Shown: positions 11,797 through 24,720 of the stretch, piece after piece
How positions within the stretch are numbered: position 1 is the stretch's first letter
Layout: each line of letters starts with the position of its first letter
Assembly (NCBI GenBank): GCA_030324005.1
Contig: JARDVH010000084.1
Location: 92,135,057 to 92,199,056, forward strand
DNA from: Negaprion brevirostris
Taxonomy: Eukaryota
Reading direction: 5' to 3'
Length of the DNA: 64,000 nucleotides
Made by a program: the position numbers and the translations under genes
Notes under the pieces: generated by a model
Database searches by the model: none
What the model saw: the letters and a program-made list of their open reading frames with translations, nothing else
What the model was told of the DNA's origin: nothing

Positions 11797-12519
11797 AGCC
11801 AAACCTGCCCACCAACAGCCATCTCGATAGGAATAATGTCTAGCTTATGTCAATGCCGTCCTCTTGCAACAACACAATCACCCAATGTCCAATTATCAAA
11901 TCACTCTGCCCACCCCAACAACAATCTCTACTTAGTTATGTGCTCTTTTCTTTTAGGAAACACGTTAATACCAAAACATATCATAGATCGTCAGGTATCA
12001 TTCACTTACGAAACCAAGATTTTATCACTGCAACATCTAAAACCTATACCCAATTAACACATCACAAAACTAACTAGCTAATCGCAGCACTCAACTATCA
12101 AAGAAGCAATGCACTCTGTTCACATTTCGACACACGAAACTCTCACCTACCCTCCCACATCACGTCCCATTCTCATGAATCATTTTAGATAAATAATCAC
12201 ATTACTGCATTATTCCCTTTCCTACCTAATTCCGATCATATACACATACCCAGCCACATGTCTATTACTTTTATACTACAAATATAACAAACTAACTTCT
12301 CTGCACCGAAATACTTCCCCGGCGTACTCGCATGAACAACCTGTATTTGTTTGTATGCGCTTCCAAAGCCTTTTACACGATTACAAAAGTAACCACCCAA
12401 ACACGTTGTTAAAAGAAACGTTATGTGTCGCTGTCGAAGCCAGTATTCATTGACTGTCACTAATTGCAATTCAATTTGTTGTGAAAATAAATGTAAACGT
12501 CATGATATTGTCGCAATAA

Positions 12520-13500
12520 CGGATGCACTGATGGATGGTGACCAGAAATAGGATTTTCCATTGTTTAGGCAGGACAGACAAAAAAAAAGACGCACGAATT
12601 GCATCTCTGGTTAAAGTGGAAATGGATGCAATGTTGCAGAAACGTAATAGCGCTAATAACTTGGGATCTAAATCAATAGAGCTGAGAAACACGGAAGAAA
12701 TGCAGTTGTGGAAGATACACTTCAATCCCAAAGTGTAGTGGCGATTTTGGAAAAGGCATTAAACAGAAAATTATAAACTGGTGCAATAAAAGATCACCTG
12801 CAATTATTGTGACTGGAATCCGGATATAGATTGGGAAAATCAAATCAGTAACATTACAATAGTGGATGAATTCCTACGTGCATAGGGAATTATTCCGTGG
12901 AATGAAAAAAAAAACGTTGAGTTGCCAGTCAGAGAACAAATTGTCGTAGGCCAGGTATTATGTAATGAGAAAGAAAATAATAAACATAGCAGTCGGACTG
13001 CGTCAGCCACTTTGGAGATAAGAGAAAATAATATGATAGAATTCTTCATCCAGAGTGAGAATAAGCCAATTGTTTCTGAGTCAATGGGCATGAACCCTAA
13101 TAAATGAAACTGCGACTGTATGAAGATTCAATTAACGACGATTGCAAACGTTACCTGAAAGGATGATGGCGGACAGGCAAAGGTAAACATGCAAAGAATA
13201 CATTCGTGGATTGCAACAGATGATAATTCCTGTGTGGTGCAAATTTGAAAGAAAAAATGCCGATCTTTGGCTTTCAGTGCAAATAAGGGATGTTATCAGA
13301 TCCAAACAAGAGACATACACATTCACCAAACCTGAACATTGGTAGCTCACGTGTTGTCGTATCATTCGGCAAAACAGGTCCAAGACATTGATTAAGAAGA
13401 ATGACATAGAGCATGAGAGTAAGGTTGTGTTCTGCGTGAAAAAAAAACTGACTGCAAAATTTGCGAAATGTATTTGAAGTGAATGCAAGACTGAAATAGA
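12520..13500 (+). mobile_element. Old CR1-type LINE, endonuclease/linker region
   Basis: YRIFRxDR-like and IELRN motifs, GDFN-like remnant; parallels 13950-14700. Confidence 0.7.
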
Positions 13501-13949
13501 AAAATGCAGTTCATTTGCCTTGGGCAGAAGCTGAGAGGGACGGGGCAAAGCCGAGGGCGGGGGCGGGGCTTGACCGGTTTGGGGCCTGAAAGGACGAGGC
13601 TAAGCCTTTTGAAAGGAGTTTTGTTTCAGGTGATGTCCAATTCTCGAGTGTCCTTCCTTCCTGCTCCACATTACTAACGAATATAAAGTTTACAAACGAG
13701 AAATCACACAAATTACACTGAAGCACTGTTGTGATGTAAAACATCAGCTAGAATGCCAAGAAATAAAATACATAAAATTAAAGAAAAGGTGGTGGGGTGG
13801 CACTACTGGATAAAGAATAAATTTACATAACAATGAGAAAGGATGAGGGTAGCAGGTTTCACTTCAGTTGGACAACATGATCGGTGCAGGCTTAGAGGGC
13901 CGAACGGCCTGGTTCTTGTATGCAATTTTCTTTGCCCTTCTTTGTTTTT

Positions 13950-16550
13950 CTAGCTATTAGCTCCGACAACGTCGAATCTGTATGGATAGAGTTGAGAAAT
14001 ACCAATGGGCAAAATGAGTCATTTGCTCGTGTTATGTACAAACCTCCAGTCTTCCGTGGCGACGTTCGGAATGGCATCAAGCACAAAATTCGAGATTTAT
14101 GCGATCAAGGAATATTGGCGATCCTGGGTGATTTTCGTCATCACTTAGATTGTGTAAATCAAATAAGCCATAATTAGCCATGGATTTCTTGAACAATATG
14201 CGGAGGATCCGACCAGAAAGCAGGCCATCTTTGCCTGGGTCTGTTTAGTAAGAAGGGAATCATTGCCAAAAGGGTTGAGACCCTTTGGGGATGATCGAAC
14301 ACAACATTATAGAATTGTAAATCAAGATGGAGAGTAAAGCAGCTGATTCAGAGACTAGGGTGCTGAACCTTTACAAAGAAACCTATGACGATATGAGGGG
14401 TGATTTGGCCTTGATAGATGGGGAGATATACTTAAAAGGATATCTGTGGATAGGCAATGTCAAACATTCAATGAATTCATGAGAGACGGAAAACAACTGT
14501 TTATTCTTGTCTGACACAGAAGCAAAAGGGGTAAGAAAGCCAATGCATAGCTTAAAAAGGGAAATAGAGAGAATATCCGATCCAAGGAACACACAGACGG
14601 ATTGGCCAAGAAAAATAATAAGTCTGTGGATTGGGAGCAGTTTAGAATTTAGCAAAGAATGGCAAAGTGAATGATTAAAATGGGGAAGATACAATATGAA
14701 AGTAAGCTTGCAGGGATCATAAAGACTGGCACTAAGAGTTTCTATACAAACATGAAGGCAAAGAGGTGGTGATGACAAGTCTAAACCCTCTATTGACAGA
14801 GCTGGAGGAATGCATATTGGGGACCAAATTAATTACTCAGCAACCAAATGCATATTTTGGTTCAGTCTTCAAAAAATGGCACACAAATTAGATTCAAGAA
14901 ATGTTGAAGAATGCAAGATTTAGCTGGAGAGAAGGACTGAGGAAGATCAATGTTTCCAGATGAATGGTGCTCAGAAAATTGTTGGGATTGAAGTCGAATA
15001 AATCCCCAGGGCTGCTAATGTACATTTCAGAGTACATAAGCAATTGGCTCTCGAAATATTGGATTAATCGGTGGTCATCTTCCAGGATTCTACAGTTTTT
15101 TGAACAGTGCCTGCAGATCGGAATGTAGTTAATATCACTCCAATATTCGAAAAATAGGTACAGAGAAAACAGAGAATTATTGGCCAGTATCGGTTGTGGG
15201 GAACTTTCTCGAATCTATTATCAATGATTTATAGCAGAGCATTTGGAATGCAATGCCGGAGAACACAGAGTCAGCATGGATTTCCGAAGGGGAAATAATG
15301 CTTGACAAATCTGTTGGCATTCTTTTAAGATGTAAATAATGGAGTTGACAAGGGGGCGTCAATAGTTGTGATATATTTGAACTTTCAGAAAGCGTATGAT
15401 AAAGTTCCACATGAGTGATTATCGACAACATTAAAACATATGGGATAGAGATGGCAAGAAAACTGTCCAACAGAGAAGAAACAAAGCGTTGGAATTAATG
15501 GTTCATTTTCAAATTGGTAGGCAGTAACTTGTGCGGTACCACAGTGATCATTGCTGGATCCCCAGCTGTTCACAGTATTTATTAATGATTTGGATGAGGG
15601 AACAACATATAGCATCTCAAAGTTTGCGCCAAGTTTGCTGGATGGCTGGCCTGTGATGAGGATGCAGATATCATTCGGCATGATCTGGACAAATTGAGTG
15701 AGTGGGCAAATCAATGAGAGATCCATCATAATTTCAATAAATATGAGGATATTCACTTTGGGCGGCAAACAAACACGAAGGAAGATTGATCCATCAATGG
15801 CTGTAGTTTTGGAGGGGGTGCACGCAGTGGCACCTGGGTGCCCTTGTGCTCCAGTCCTTCAAGGTGAGTGTGCACGTGCAGCAGGCGGCAATGGAGGCAA
15901 ATGGTAGTTGGATTAATTTGCGAGAGTTTGTGAGTAGAGGATCAGCGATATGTTGTTGCAATTATTCAGGACATTTGTGAGGCCACACCGAGGATATTCT
16001 CATAGAGGCCTAGAATCCCTCCTGTCAAGACGGCGGCCTTTCCACCAATCGATTCTGCACCGACCATAGTTGTGCATTGTGTGCTGTTTTATTCCCCTTT
16101 TTTGAGGAAGGATGTCTTGTGCTCGAGGGACTGCAGCGAAGGTTTAACAGGCTGATTTCGGGCACGGCGGGACTGAGATATGAGGTAGATTGACGAGGTT
16201 AGCATTGTTTTCGCTGAAGTCTAGACAAATGAGCGGGAATCTCATAGAAACTTACACAATTCTAACAGGATTAGTAAGAGTGGATGCAATGAGGATGTTC
16301 CCAATGGATTGGGAGTCCAGGTCGAGAGGCCACAGACGGAGAGTTCGGGCTAGACTACTTTGGACGGAGATAAGCCGCCGTTTCTTCACCCAGAATCTGG
16401 TGAGATTGTGGAGTTCATTGCCACAAGAAGTAGTTGCCAAAATATTGATTAGCCTATTGAGTTGTACAGTTAGCCATGATTGTATTGAATGGCGGCATAG
16501 TCTCCAAGGACCAAATGGCTATCTCGTGCTCCTATTTTCTATGTCTCTAC
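13950..16550 (+). mobile_element. CR1-type LINE ORF2 remnant (EN-RT-3' end), with SINE fragment at ~16000-16075
   Basis: VESVWIELRN; ENY-like PVS motif; YLNFQKAYDKVPH; PQLFTVFINDLDEG; tail agccatgattgtattgaatggcgg. Confidence 0.9.
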
Positions 16551-17059
16551 ATAATATTTGAAGGGAGGGGTGATGAGGTAGGAGAGCGATGCCTGTCAAT
16601 CAGCATCGAGATCGCTGGAGGCGGGGTGTGGGGAGGGGAACAGATCGGTCAATGCGGTGGGGTGGAGGGATATTTTCGAGCAAGGGAACGGATTAGCTGG
16701 TGGGAAAGGGGACGGTTTTTGCCAGGGTGCAGTATTGAGGCTGGCTACAGTAGCACAGAGCTGTAGGATCTCTCAGGCCTGCCAGTTATTTGTTGGTGCA
16801 AACGTATTCCTGCCACTGACATTCAACCACTCTTTCAAGTTGCTAGACATGGTCTAGTCCATTTTGTTCTCTGTGGCCAAGATTTGTAATTTGGACTCGC
16901 CCAAAAATCGGATCTGAAAATTCCATTATCCCCGTCGCTCGGCACGTGAACGTTTTCTCACAAAGTCGCTCTCATCATTAAAAAAAACGAATTATATATA
17001 AGTCAGATTGACGTCGTTGATGAGGAAATTAACAAGCCCATTATCAAAATTTTCTAAAA

Positions 17060-17530
17060 GAGAACTGAGAGAAGTTTTGCAGAATCGCACAGAATGAGCT
17101 GGGGCCATGAAAGGGAACACATGCTTAACATATATACTGGACTGCTCTAAGGGTGCAATTTGTACATTTTGTGAGATGAAACTAATGGTCTTGTTGAAGA
17201 TTTTCAGCAAAGTGCCAAACGATAGATGGACGTGTCAACTGAAGCGGTGTTTTTGCAGTAGGATATTGAGATGATAAAAAAAAGTTGACGGACAGGAAAT
17301 AAAGGATAGGAAGACGTGCTCTGAACATCAGGCAGTGGCAATTAGGGATGTTACGGTCTGTTCTATGAGCGGGACCATCCATTATATACTTAAATGATTT
17401 CTATGTAGAAACTAAATGCAATATCTCCAAACCTGCAAATGTCACAAAACTCGGTTTGAGGGTAAGTTGATCATTGAATGTACTGATGCGGTTGTGTGAA
17501 TTGGACAAGCTGAGTGAGTGGGCTCGAATG
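17060..17530 (+). mobile_element. Degenerate CR1-type RT fragment
   Basis: atgaaagggaacacatgcttaac..., aaatgatttctatgtagaaactaaatgcaatatctccaaa, ggacaagctgagtgagtggg. Confidence 0.7.
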
Positions 17531-17619
17531 ACAATTAAAAAAAAATGTTTTATAGGATGTGGGCCACATTTGCTAGGTCACTATATATCATCTTTCTCTA
17601 GCTGACTGTTAAAAATAAA

Positions 17620-20390
17620 TGTAGAAAATAGGAGGAGACCTTTGGCCTCTCGATCTCGCTCCACTATTCATTTAGATCAATCATTCTACCCAAGAGTCTG
17701 TTTCCTTCTTCCCAATATTTCCTTTGATCCCCTTGGCCACAAGTACTTTATTAAACTGATTTTTGAAAACATACAAAGTTTTGGTCTCAACGCCTTCCTG
17801 AGGTAGCGAATTCCAGAGGCTGACGATTCCCTGTGTGTAAAAAAAAAGTATCTGCTTTAAATGCACTGCATTCTATCCCCAGATTGTGACCCCAGTTCTC
17901 ATAAGCTCACAATCGGCAACATCCACCTTGCATCTACCCTGCTCTCTCCTGTTCGAATTTAACAGGTTTCTATTATTCTGACCTCATTCTGCTGAACTCC
18001 AGGAAATGAAATCCCGACCGACCAATTCTCTCCTTTTGGAATAGCAGACTGTTGAAGTGGCTCTGCACTCACTCGAGAGAAAGAACGCCCTTCCTCAGAT
18101 AAGGAGACCAAAGCTGCGCCAAATACTGCAGTTGTGGAACATCGCGGAGAAATGAATTAATTACATCAATACATCCCTTTTCCTGTACTCGAATCATCTC
18201 GCTATTAACACCAATGTGCCATTTGCCTTTTTGTCTGCTTGCTGCAGCTGCATGTTTACGTTCAATGTCTAAACGGTTAAGATTTATCTATTAGTGTCAC
18301 GCGAAGGCTTGCATTAACACTGCAATGAACTTGCTGTGAAAATCCTCCATTCACAACACCCTGGAACCTGTTTCGGTGCATTGAGAGAGAATTTAACATG
18401 GCCAATGTACCTTACCATGGCCATTGATGACGAGAGTGCGAGGAAAATCAGACCTCGTTTCGCATCCCTCTCTCATAAATTATGGTCGTCCTGTTAGTAA
18501 TCTACATTCGCGGGTTGCTACTGAACTAGAGAACCTCACATTTATGCAAATTAGACAGTACTCGCCATATATTCGTCCATCCATTCAACTTGTACAAATT
18601 ACATTGAACCACCTCTGCATCTTCGTTCAAGCGCATCCTTCCGATCAGTTTTGTGTCATCTGCACATTTCAACTTACAACACATAGCCTCCACATCTGAA
18701 ACATTGTTGTGTGTANNNNNNNNNNNNNNNNNNNNNNNNNNNNNNNNNNNNNNNNNNNNNNNNNNNNNNNNNNNNNNNNNNNNNNNNNNNNNNNNNNNNN
18801 NNNNNNNNNNNNNNNNNNNNNNNNNNNNNNNNNNNNNNNNNNNNNNNNNNNNNNNNNNNNNNNNNNNNNNNNNNNNNNNNNNNNNNNNNNNNNNNNNNNN
18901 NNNNNNNNNNNNNNNNNNNNNNNNNNNNNNNNNNNNNNNNNNNNNNNNNNNNNNNNNNNNNNNNNNNNNNNNNNNNNNNNNNNNNNNNNNNNNNNNNNNN
19001 NNNNNNNNNNNNNNNNNNNNNNNNNNNNNNNNNNNNNNNNNNNNNNNNNNNNNNNNNNNNNNNNNNNNNNNNNNNNNNNNNNNNNNNNNNNNNNNNNNNN
19101 NNNNNNNNNNNNNNNNNNNNNNNNNNNNNNNNNNNNNNNNNNNNNNNNNNNNNNNNNNNNNNNNNNNNNNNNNNNNNNNNNNNNNNNNNNNNNNNNNNNN
19201 NNNNNNNNNNNNNNNNNNNNNNNNNNNNNNNNNNNNNNNNNNNNNNNNNNNNNNNNNNNNNNNNNNNNNNNNNNNNNNNNNNNNNNNNNNNNNNNNNNNN
19301 NNNNNNNNNNNNNNNNNNNNNNNNNNNNNNNNNNNNNNNNNNNNNNNNNNNNNNNNNNNNNNNNNNNNNNNNNNNNNNNNNNNNNNNNNNNNNNNNNNNN
19401 NNNNNNNNNNNNNNNNNNNNNNNNNNNNNNNNNNNNNNNNNNNNNNNNNNNNNNNNNNNNNNNNNNNNNNNNNNNNNNNNNNNNNNNNNNNNNNNNNNNN
19501 NNNNNNNNNNNNNNNNNNNNNNNNNNNNNNNNNNNNNNNNNNNNNNNNNNNNNNNNNNNNNNNNNNNNNNNNNNNNNNNNNNNNNCCCTCCACAAACCCA
19601 CGCTGACTCTCTCCGATCCTGCTATTGTTTTATTAGTTTTTCGTTCCAAATACTTTCATTACGTATTCCAGTATTTTCCACACCATTCGGTTTACTTGTC
19701 TATAATTTCCCTATTTCCCTCCGCCTCCGATGTAAAACGATTGAGGTTTTTAGCTAAGATTTTAGCTAGCCTCCAATCAGTAGAAGCGGTTCCATTGTCG
19801 ACAGACTATTGGAAGAGAACGAGCAATACGCCGATTGTTAACTTAGGACAGCTTACTAAACACTCCGGTATTTAGATTACCAAGCCCACCGGATTGGTTG
19901 GCTTTCAATCACATCAGTCTACCCAAAACAATTTTTCCACCACTACTGATCTCCTTCCGTACCAGAATTCCACTAAACGCGGTGTTCTGCAGCATTTCTA
20001 ATACATTAGTAGTGCCATTTTTTGTGAAGTCAGAACCAGAGCATATATTCAACTGTTCAGCGATGTTCCCCGTTATAAGTTCCCATGACTGTAATCAACC
20101 TACACCTGTGGTCACCTGTTTTCTTCTTCACATTGAGTAATTTTTGAGTTGATTTTTTTTTCTCTGTTTTCCCCAATCTTACTCGAATACAATGGTTTCT
20201 ACATTTTATTCAGTCCCGTGTCCCCCATATTTTGAATTCTAAAGTGTTCCCAGTCCTCTGATTGGCCATTTTTAAATCATTTTGTGTGGCTCTTTCTTGA
20301 ATGCTATACAATCGCTTATTTCCATTAAAGCAATGGTTTGGTTGACGTTCCTGTTTCATTGTTAAAACAATCAGGAAAAATATCAGTCGT
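17620..20390 (-). mobile_element. CR1-type LINE on minus strand (spans the 18716-19585 gap; SINE tail nested at ~18280-18420)
   Basis: FYTQGIVSLWNSLPQE and KLKCADDTKLIG in ORF track; reverse-complemented tail near 17620. Confidence 0.85.
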
Positions 20391-20684
20391 TTCAATCCCG
20401 CTGAGGAGATGGTGGCGAGGTGTCATTAAAACCACTGCAGTTTTTGCAGTTTAATTATACATAGAATCCCGAAATGCAGACGGAAACCATTCGGCCCATC
20501 GGGTCTGAAATGACTACAATTTTGCCGAGGCGCTATCTCTGTAACCGTGCAACTCTGTAACCCTGTGATCCTTGTAANNNNNNNNNNNNNNNNNNNNNNN
20601 NNNNNNNNNNNNNNNNNNNNNNNNNNNNNNNNNNNNNNNNNNNNNNNNNNNNNNNNNNNNNNNNNNNNNNNNNNNNNNNNNNNN

Positions 20685-21500
20685 TCAAACAATGACGAGA
20701 CAGATTATAGGAATGAGATAGAGAATCTGGTGAACTGGTGCGGCAACACTAATCTTTTCCTCAATGTCAAGAAAACGAAGGAGATTGCCATTGACTTCAG
20801 GAAGCGTAAAGGAGAATACGCCCACGTATACATCAATGGGACGACATAGAAAGGGTTGAGAGCTTCACGTTTTTTTACGTGTCCAGATCTCCAACAACCT
20901 GACCTGGTCCCGCCGTGCCGATACTATATTTAAAAGGGCCCAACAAAGCCTCTAATGTCTCAGAAGACTGAGGAAATTTGGCATGTCAGCTACAACTCAT
21001 CAACTTTTACAGATACACTATGAAAGCATGATTTCTGGTCGCATCACAGCTTGGTTAGACTCCTGGACTGCCCAAGACCACAAGGAATTACAAAAGGTCG
21101 CGAATGTAGCGAAATCCATGACGCAAGCCAGCCTCCTATCCTTTGACCCTGTCTACACTTCCCGCTGCCTCAGTAAAACAGCCAGCATAATTACGGAACT
21201 CCCACACCCGGTATATTCTTTCTTCCACCTTCTTCCTTCGGAAAAAAATGCAAAATTCTGAGGTCACATATCAACCGACTCAAGAACAGCGTCTCCCCTG
21301 CTGTGTCAGACTTTTGAATGAACTTACCTACCTTAAGTTGTTCTTTCTCCACATCCTAGCTATGGCCGTAGCACTACGTTCTGCATTCTCTCATTTCTTT
21401 CTCTACGGGCGGTATGTTTTGCCTGTATAGCGCACAAAAAAGCATTTTTTTCTCTGTATGTTAAAGCATACGACAACAATAAATCAAATCAAATCAAACC
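20685..21500 (+). mobile_element. Rex1/Babar-type LINE 3' fragment
   Basis: SNNDETDYRNEIENLVNWCGNTNLFLNVKKTKEIAIDFRK; ESMISGRITAW; LQKVANVAKS; tail aataaatcaaatcaaatcaaa. Confidence 0.85.
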
Positions 21501-21539
21501 CTATGTATTCAGCATGAGTTCGACGAAAGGGGGGATTTA

Positions 21540-21725
21540 GAATGGGCATCCAACATAATTCCTACATCTTTGAAGTACGGTAGCAAAGTAGAACATCAAG
21601 AGAAAAGCCACACAAGNNNNNNNNNNATGCAAACTCCACACAGGCAGTCCGGGGACCCATGGTTGGAATTGAACCTGGGTCCCTGGCGCATGAGCAGCAG
21701 TGCTAACCATTATGCGACTGTGCAC
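21540..21725 (-). mobile_element. HE1-related tRNA-derived SINE
   Basis: tgcaaactccacacaggcagtc...ggaattgaacctgggtccctggcgc...cagcagtgctaacca. Confidence 0.85.
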
Positions 21726-22209
21726 TCCGTCCCATTGCTGGTCGGTTGTTGGGTGTTATAGTGGGCGCAAAGTAATACCTAGTGAGAATAGATCGATGCC
21801 TGGCAGTGAGGGCTACAGTTGACACGCAATGGTTTCTGCGGCCCAGTGAAGCCATTCTGCAGTATCGACTTCTACCCTGGACTGTGAAGGATAAAAAAAA
21901 ACGAGCTCAGAGTGTTTGATAGAACAGTATAAAACTGATTCACTTGAGCTTGACTTCACCCATGGTGTTGTGTTGTTATGGAGATAGTTTTTATCCAGTG
22001 ACAGGGAAGGAACGGTGAAACATTTCGAAGTCCGGATATGGAGTGACTTTGTGTGGAATCTGCAGGCTTTGTTGTTTGCAGGTATCCGCTAAAGATGGAG
22101 CATGAAGTGGATAAAAGTTAGGTTATACACTCTGATAGCAAAAGTTACAATTCAAAATATAACCCGAATGGCTGTAGATGTCGAGGAGATGCATGTCCTG
22201 TCTTAGAAT

Positions 22210-22522
22210 AGAAACATCGTAGAATCCCAGCAGTGCAAAAGGAGGGCATTCGAACCATGGACTTTGCTCCGACCACAATCCCACACAGGCCCTATTCCTG
22301 TAACACCTCGCATTTACCCTGCTAATCCGCTTGTGACAGGGTATAATTTCAATATGGCCAAACAACGTAACCAGCACATCTTTGGTCTGTGGAAGGAAAC
22401 TGGATGAAACCCATGCGGACACAGGAGAATGTGTTAAGCCCATACAGACTGTGACCTGGGATTGAACCTGGATCCCTAGCGCTGTGAGGCAGCAGTGCTG
22501 ACCACTGTGCCACCGTGCCGCT
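22210..22522 (-). mobile_element. HE1-type SINE, near full length
   Basis: Reverse complement of gcggcacggtggcacagtggtcagcactgctgcctcacagcgctaggg (A/B-box head) through a gggattctacgat tail. Confidence 0.95.
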
Positions 22523-22529
22523 CGGTCAC

Positions 22530-23185
22530 TGGAGACAAACATACAAGTTAAGGAGCGAGTAAATAAGGCAAAAAAAAACAACTGGCTTTCATAGCGAAAG
22601 GACCGGGGTGTTGTAGCAATATCTTCCTGCAATTATACAGTTTTTTTTTTCGGTCACACCTGCAGTCTTTTGTGCATTACGGATCTCTTTACTGGAGAAA
22701 GCATAGTCTTGCTATCAAGCAAGCACAGTGATTGTAAGGCTACTTCTGGACATAGAACGACCAGTGTATGCGAATAAGTTGAGTGGGTTGGTATTGCATT
22801 CGATTGAGTTCGGAAGAATGAACAGAGACCTCACTGAAAACTATAAAAATCTGGCAGGACATGAACGCATGTTGAAGGTGTTGTCCTGTTCCAGAGCTCA
22901 GAGTCCATGCTAATGAAGGAAACATTTTAGAACGGAGATGAGGGGGAATTTCTTCAGCCACTAAGCGATAAGCTCTTGGAACTAAATATTCTCGAAAGCA
23001 ATGGAGGGGAAAATGCTATATTTTTTCGAGATGGAGTTGAGTATAGGTCTTGGACGAAGTGAATCAAAGGATATGGTTGGAAGTGGGATTAGGCTATTTG
23101 GGTTGGACTTTCAATTATGGTCATAATTAATGGAGAAGGTCTGAAAAGCCGAATGGCTTTCCCTGATTCTATAATCTATATTTCA
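22530..23185 (+). mobile_element. Degenerate CR1-type LINE 3' fragment
   Basis: GLVLHSIEFGRMNRDLTENYKNLAG; tail ggtcataattaatggagaaggtctgaaaagccgaatggc. Confidence 0.8.
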
Positions 23186-24684
23186 CTGGTCCTTCAACGC
23201 CTACCCAGTTATTCACGTTCCGCCTCCTCAAATGTGCATTCTGCACCCACACTCATCGTTCCTTCTTCCCAGCTACTTCTTCTAATTCTCCGACAAAGAA
23301 CTACCTCATAACCAACATCATGGCCACCTCTCCTAACACATTCATCTTCTGCATATGCCGGCTTAGCCATACATAATTGCGTCAACAGCCCATGAAAATT
23401 CTTAATTAACCACTTCAGTCAATTATCCAAACTGTGGTTCACAAAACGAAATATCGTAGCAACTGCACCACTTTTTACACTTCTAGATATTCTCAGTCAA
23501 AAACTGCACACGTCATAGTCTCACCACTGACCAATCTTGCCAGAATATGCCAGGTACCTGTCTACACACACAAACGTGTCAGGCCTCCAATCGCACAACT
23601 GCTGCCCTCACACAACTCTCCAGCAGACCCACTTCAATCACGTGTCCGCTTCTAGTCTACCCAGGCATGACATCATTTTCATTCTCATCTACCTGAAATT
23701 CTTCCATACACCCCACTTATGCAAACACTTCATCCATTTACCTACTTGCACACTGGACATGCTTCTCATGCTTTTGTCGATTGATCTCTAGCCTTGCCTG
23801 GTGTTAAGTTGGCAAAACTCTCCATCTCACCGATCCCAATGATGTACAAATCTACCATCATAAACGCTCATCTCATCTACCCACACACTTACTCACTCAC
23901 AGCCATCCCAGCTGTCACCTAAGCCATCTTCCCAGCTATCAACACAATCTAATTAGCGCAGCACGCAATGGTCCACCACATCACGTTCCACATCTACCTT
24001 CAAGCCCAAATTTGCCATCATCTGATCTGAACATTTCAATAATTGATGCAACTCCCCTACACACACACCAACCTTTCTGAACAATTGCCACAAATCATTC
24101 CTAATTACAAACTCACAGTTACAATCTATTGAACGACACAACTGTTCATCCTGCCAGCAGTGCACTCACTTAAGCAGTTCACCATGAGACTGTTTTCAAA
24201 GTCTGTGACCATTACACACATTGGAATGCAACAATTGGTCCGCAGTTCTGTGCTGTTGGAGTCAGTGTTGGGGATCATTCTTCCCATATTACAACTCCAC
24301 TCCTCTCAATGGAAAAAAAATAGGAGCGACTGCACTCCCCATTTTTATGTTAGCCTGAATCAATGGGCGCTGGCAAAAATCACAATGGCTTTGAGACATT
24401 AAAATTGCTCCGGGTACCCAAATTCATGGAACATTTTACAGTTTCGAAGTTGTCAGATATTGTGCTTGGCATAGATGTTGATTTTTGCTTCCATGCATAT
24501 GCCATTTCAGATAGAATTGCATTGCATTGTCTTTAGATGAATGAACATGAGCATCAATCAAGAAAGGAGATCCTTATGGCCTAGCTGACATTTTATACAC
24601 GCCGAATTTTCAACAATAGTAGTGGGTATAATATGCTACAATGAAGAATGGAAATATAGCATTATAATTGATAGATTTTCCTAC

Positions 24685-24720
24685 CTAAGTTCTTCAGGAC
24701 CTTTTGAAATTCTTCACAAT
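24685..24720 (-). pseudogene. P2 36-nt microexon (DCEEFQKVLKNL)
   Basis: tttag|ATTGTG...TTAG|gtagga. Confidence 0.85.

Noticed and set aside
18526-19875. Long ORFs in the supplied track (also 32063-32536 and others)
   Set aside because: They are artefacts of translating through N runs.
22440-22522. tRNA gene
   Set aside because: The A/B-box sequences are tRNA-derived SINE heads, not complete cloverleaf tRNAs.
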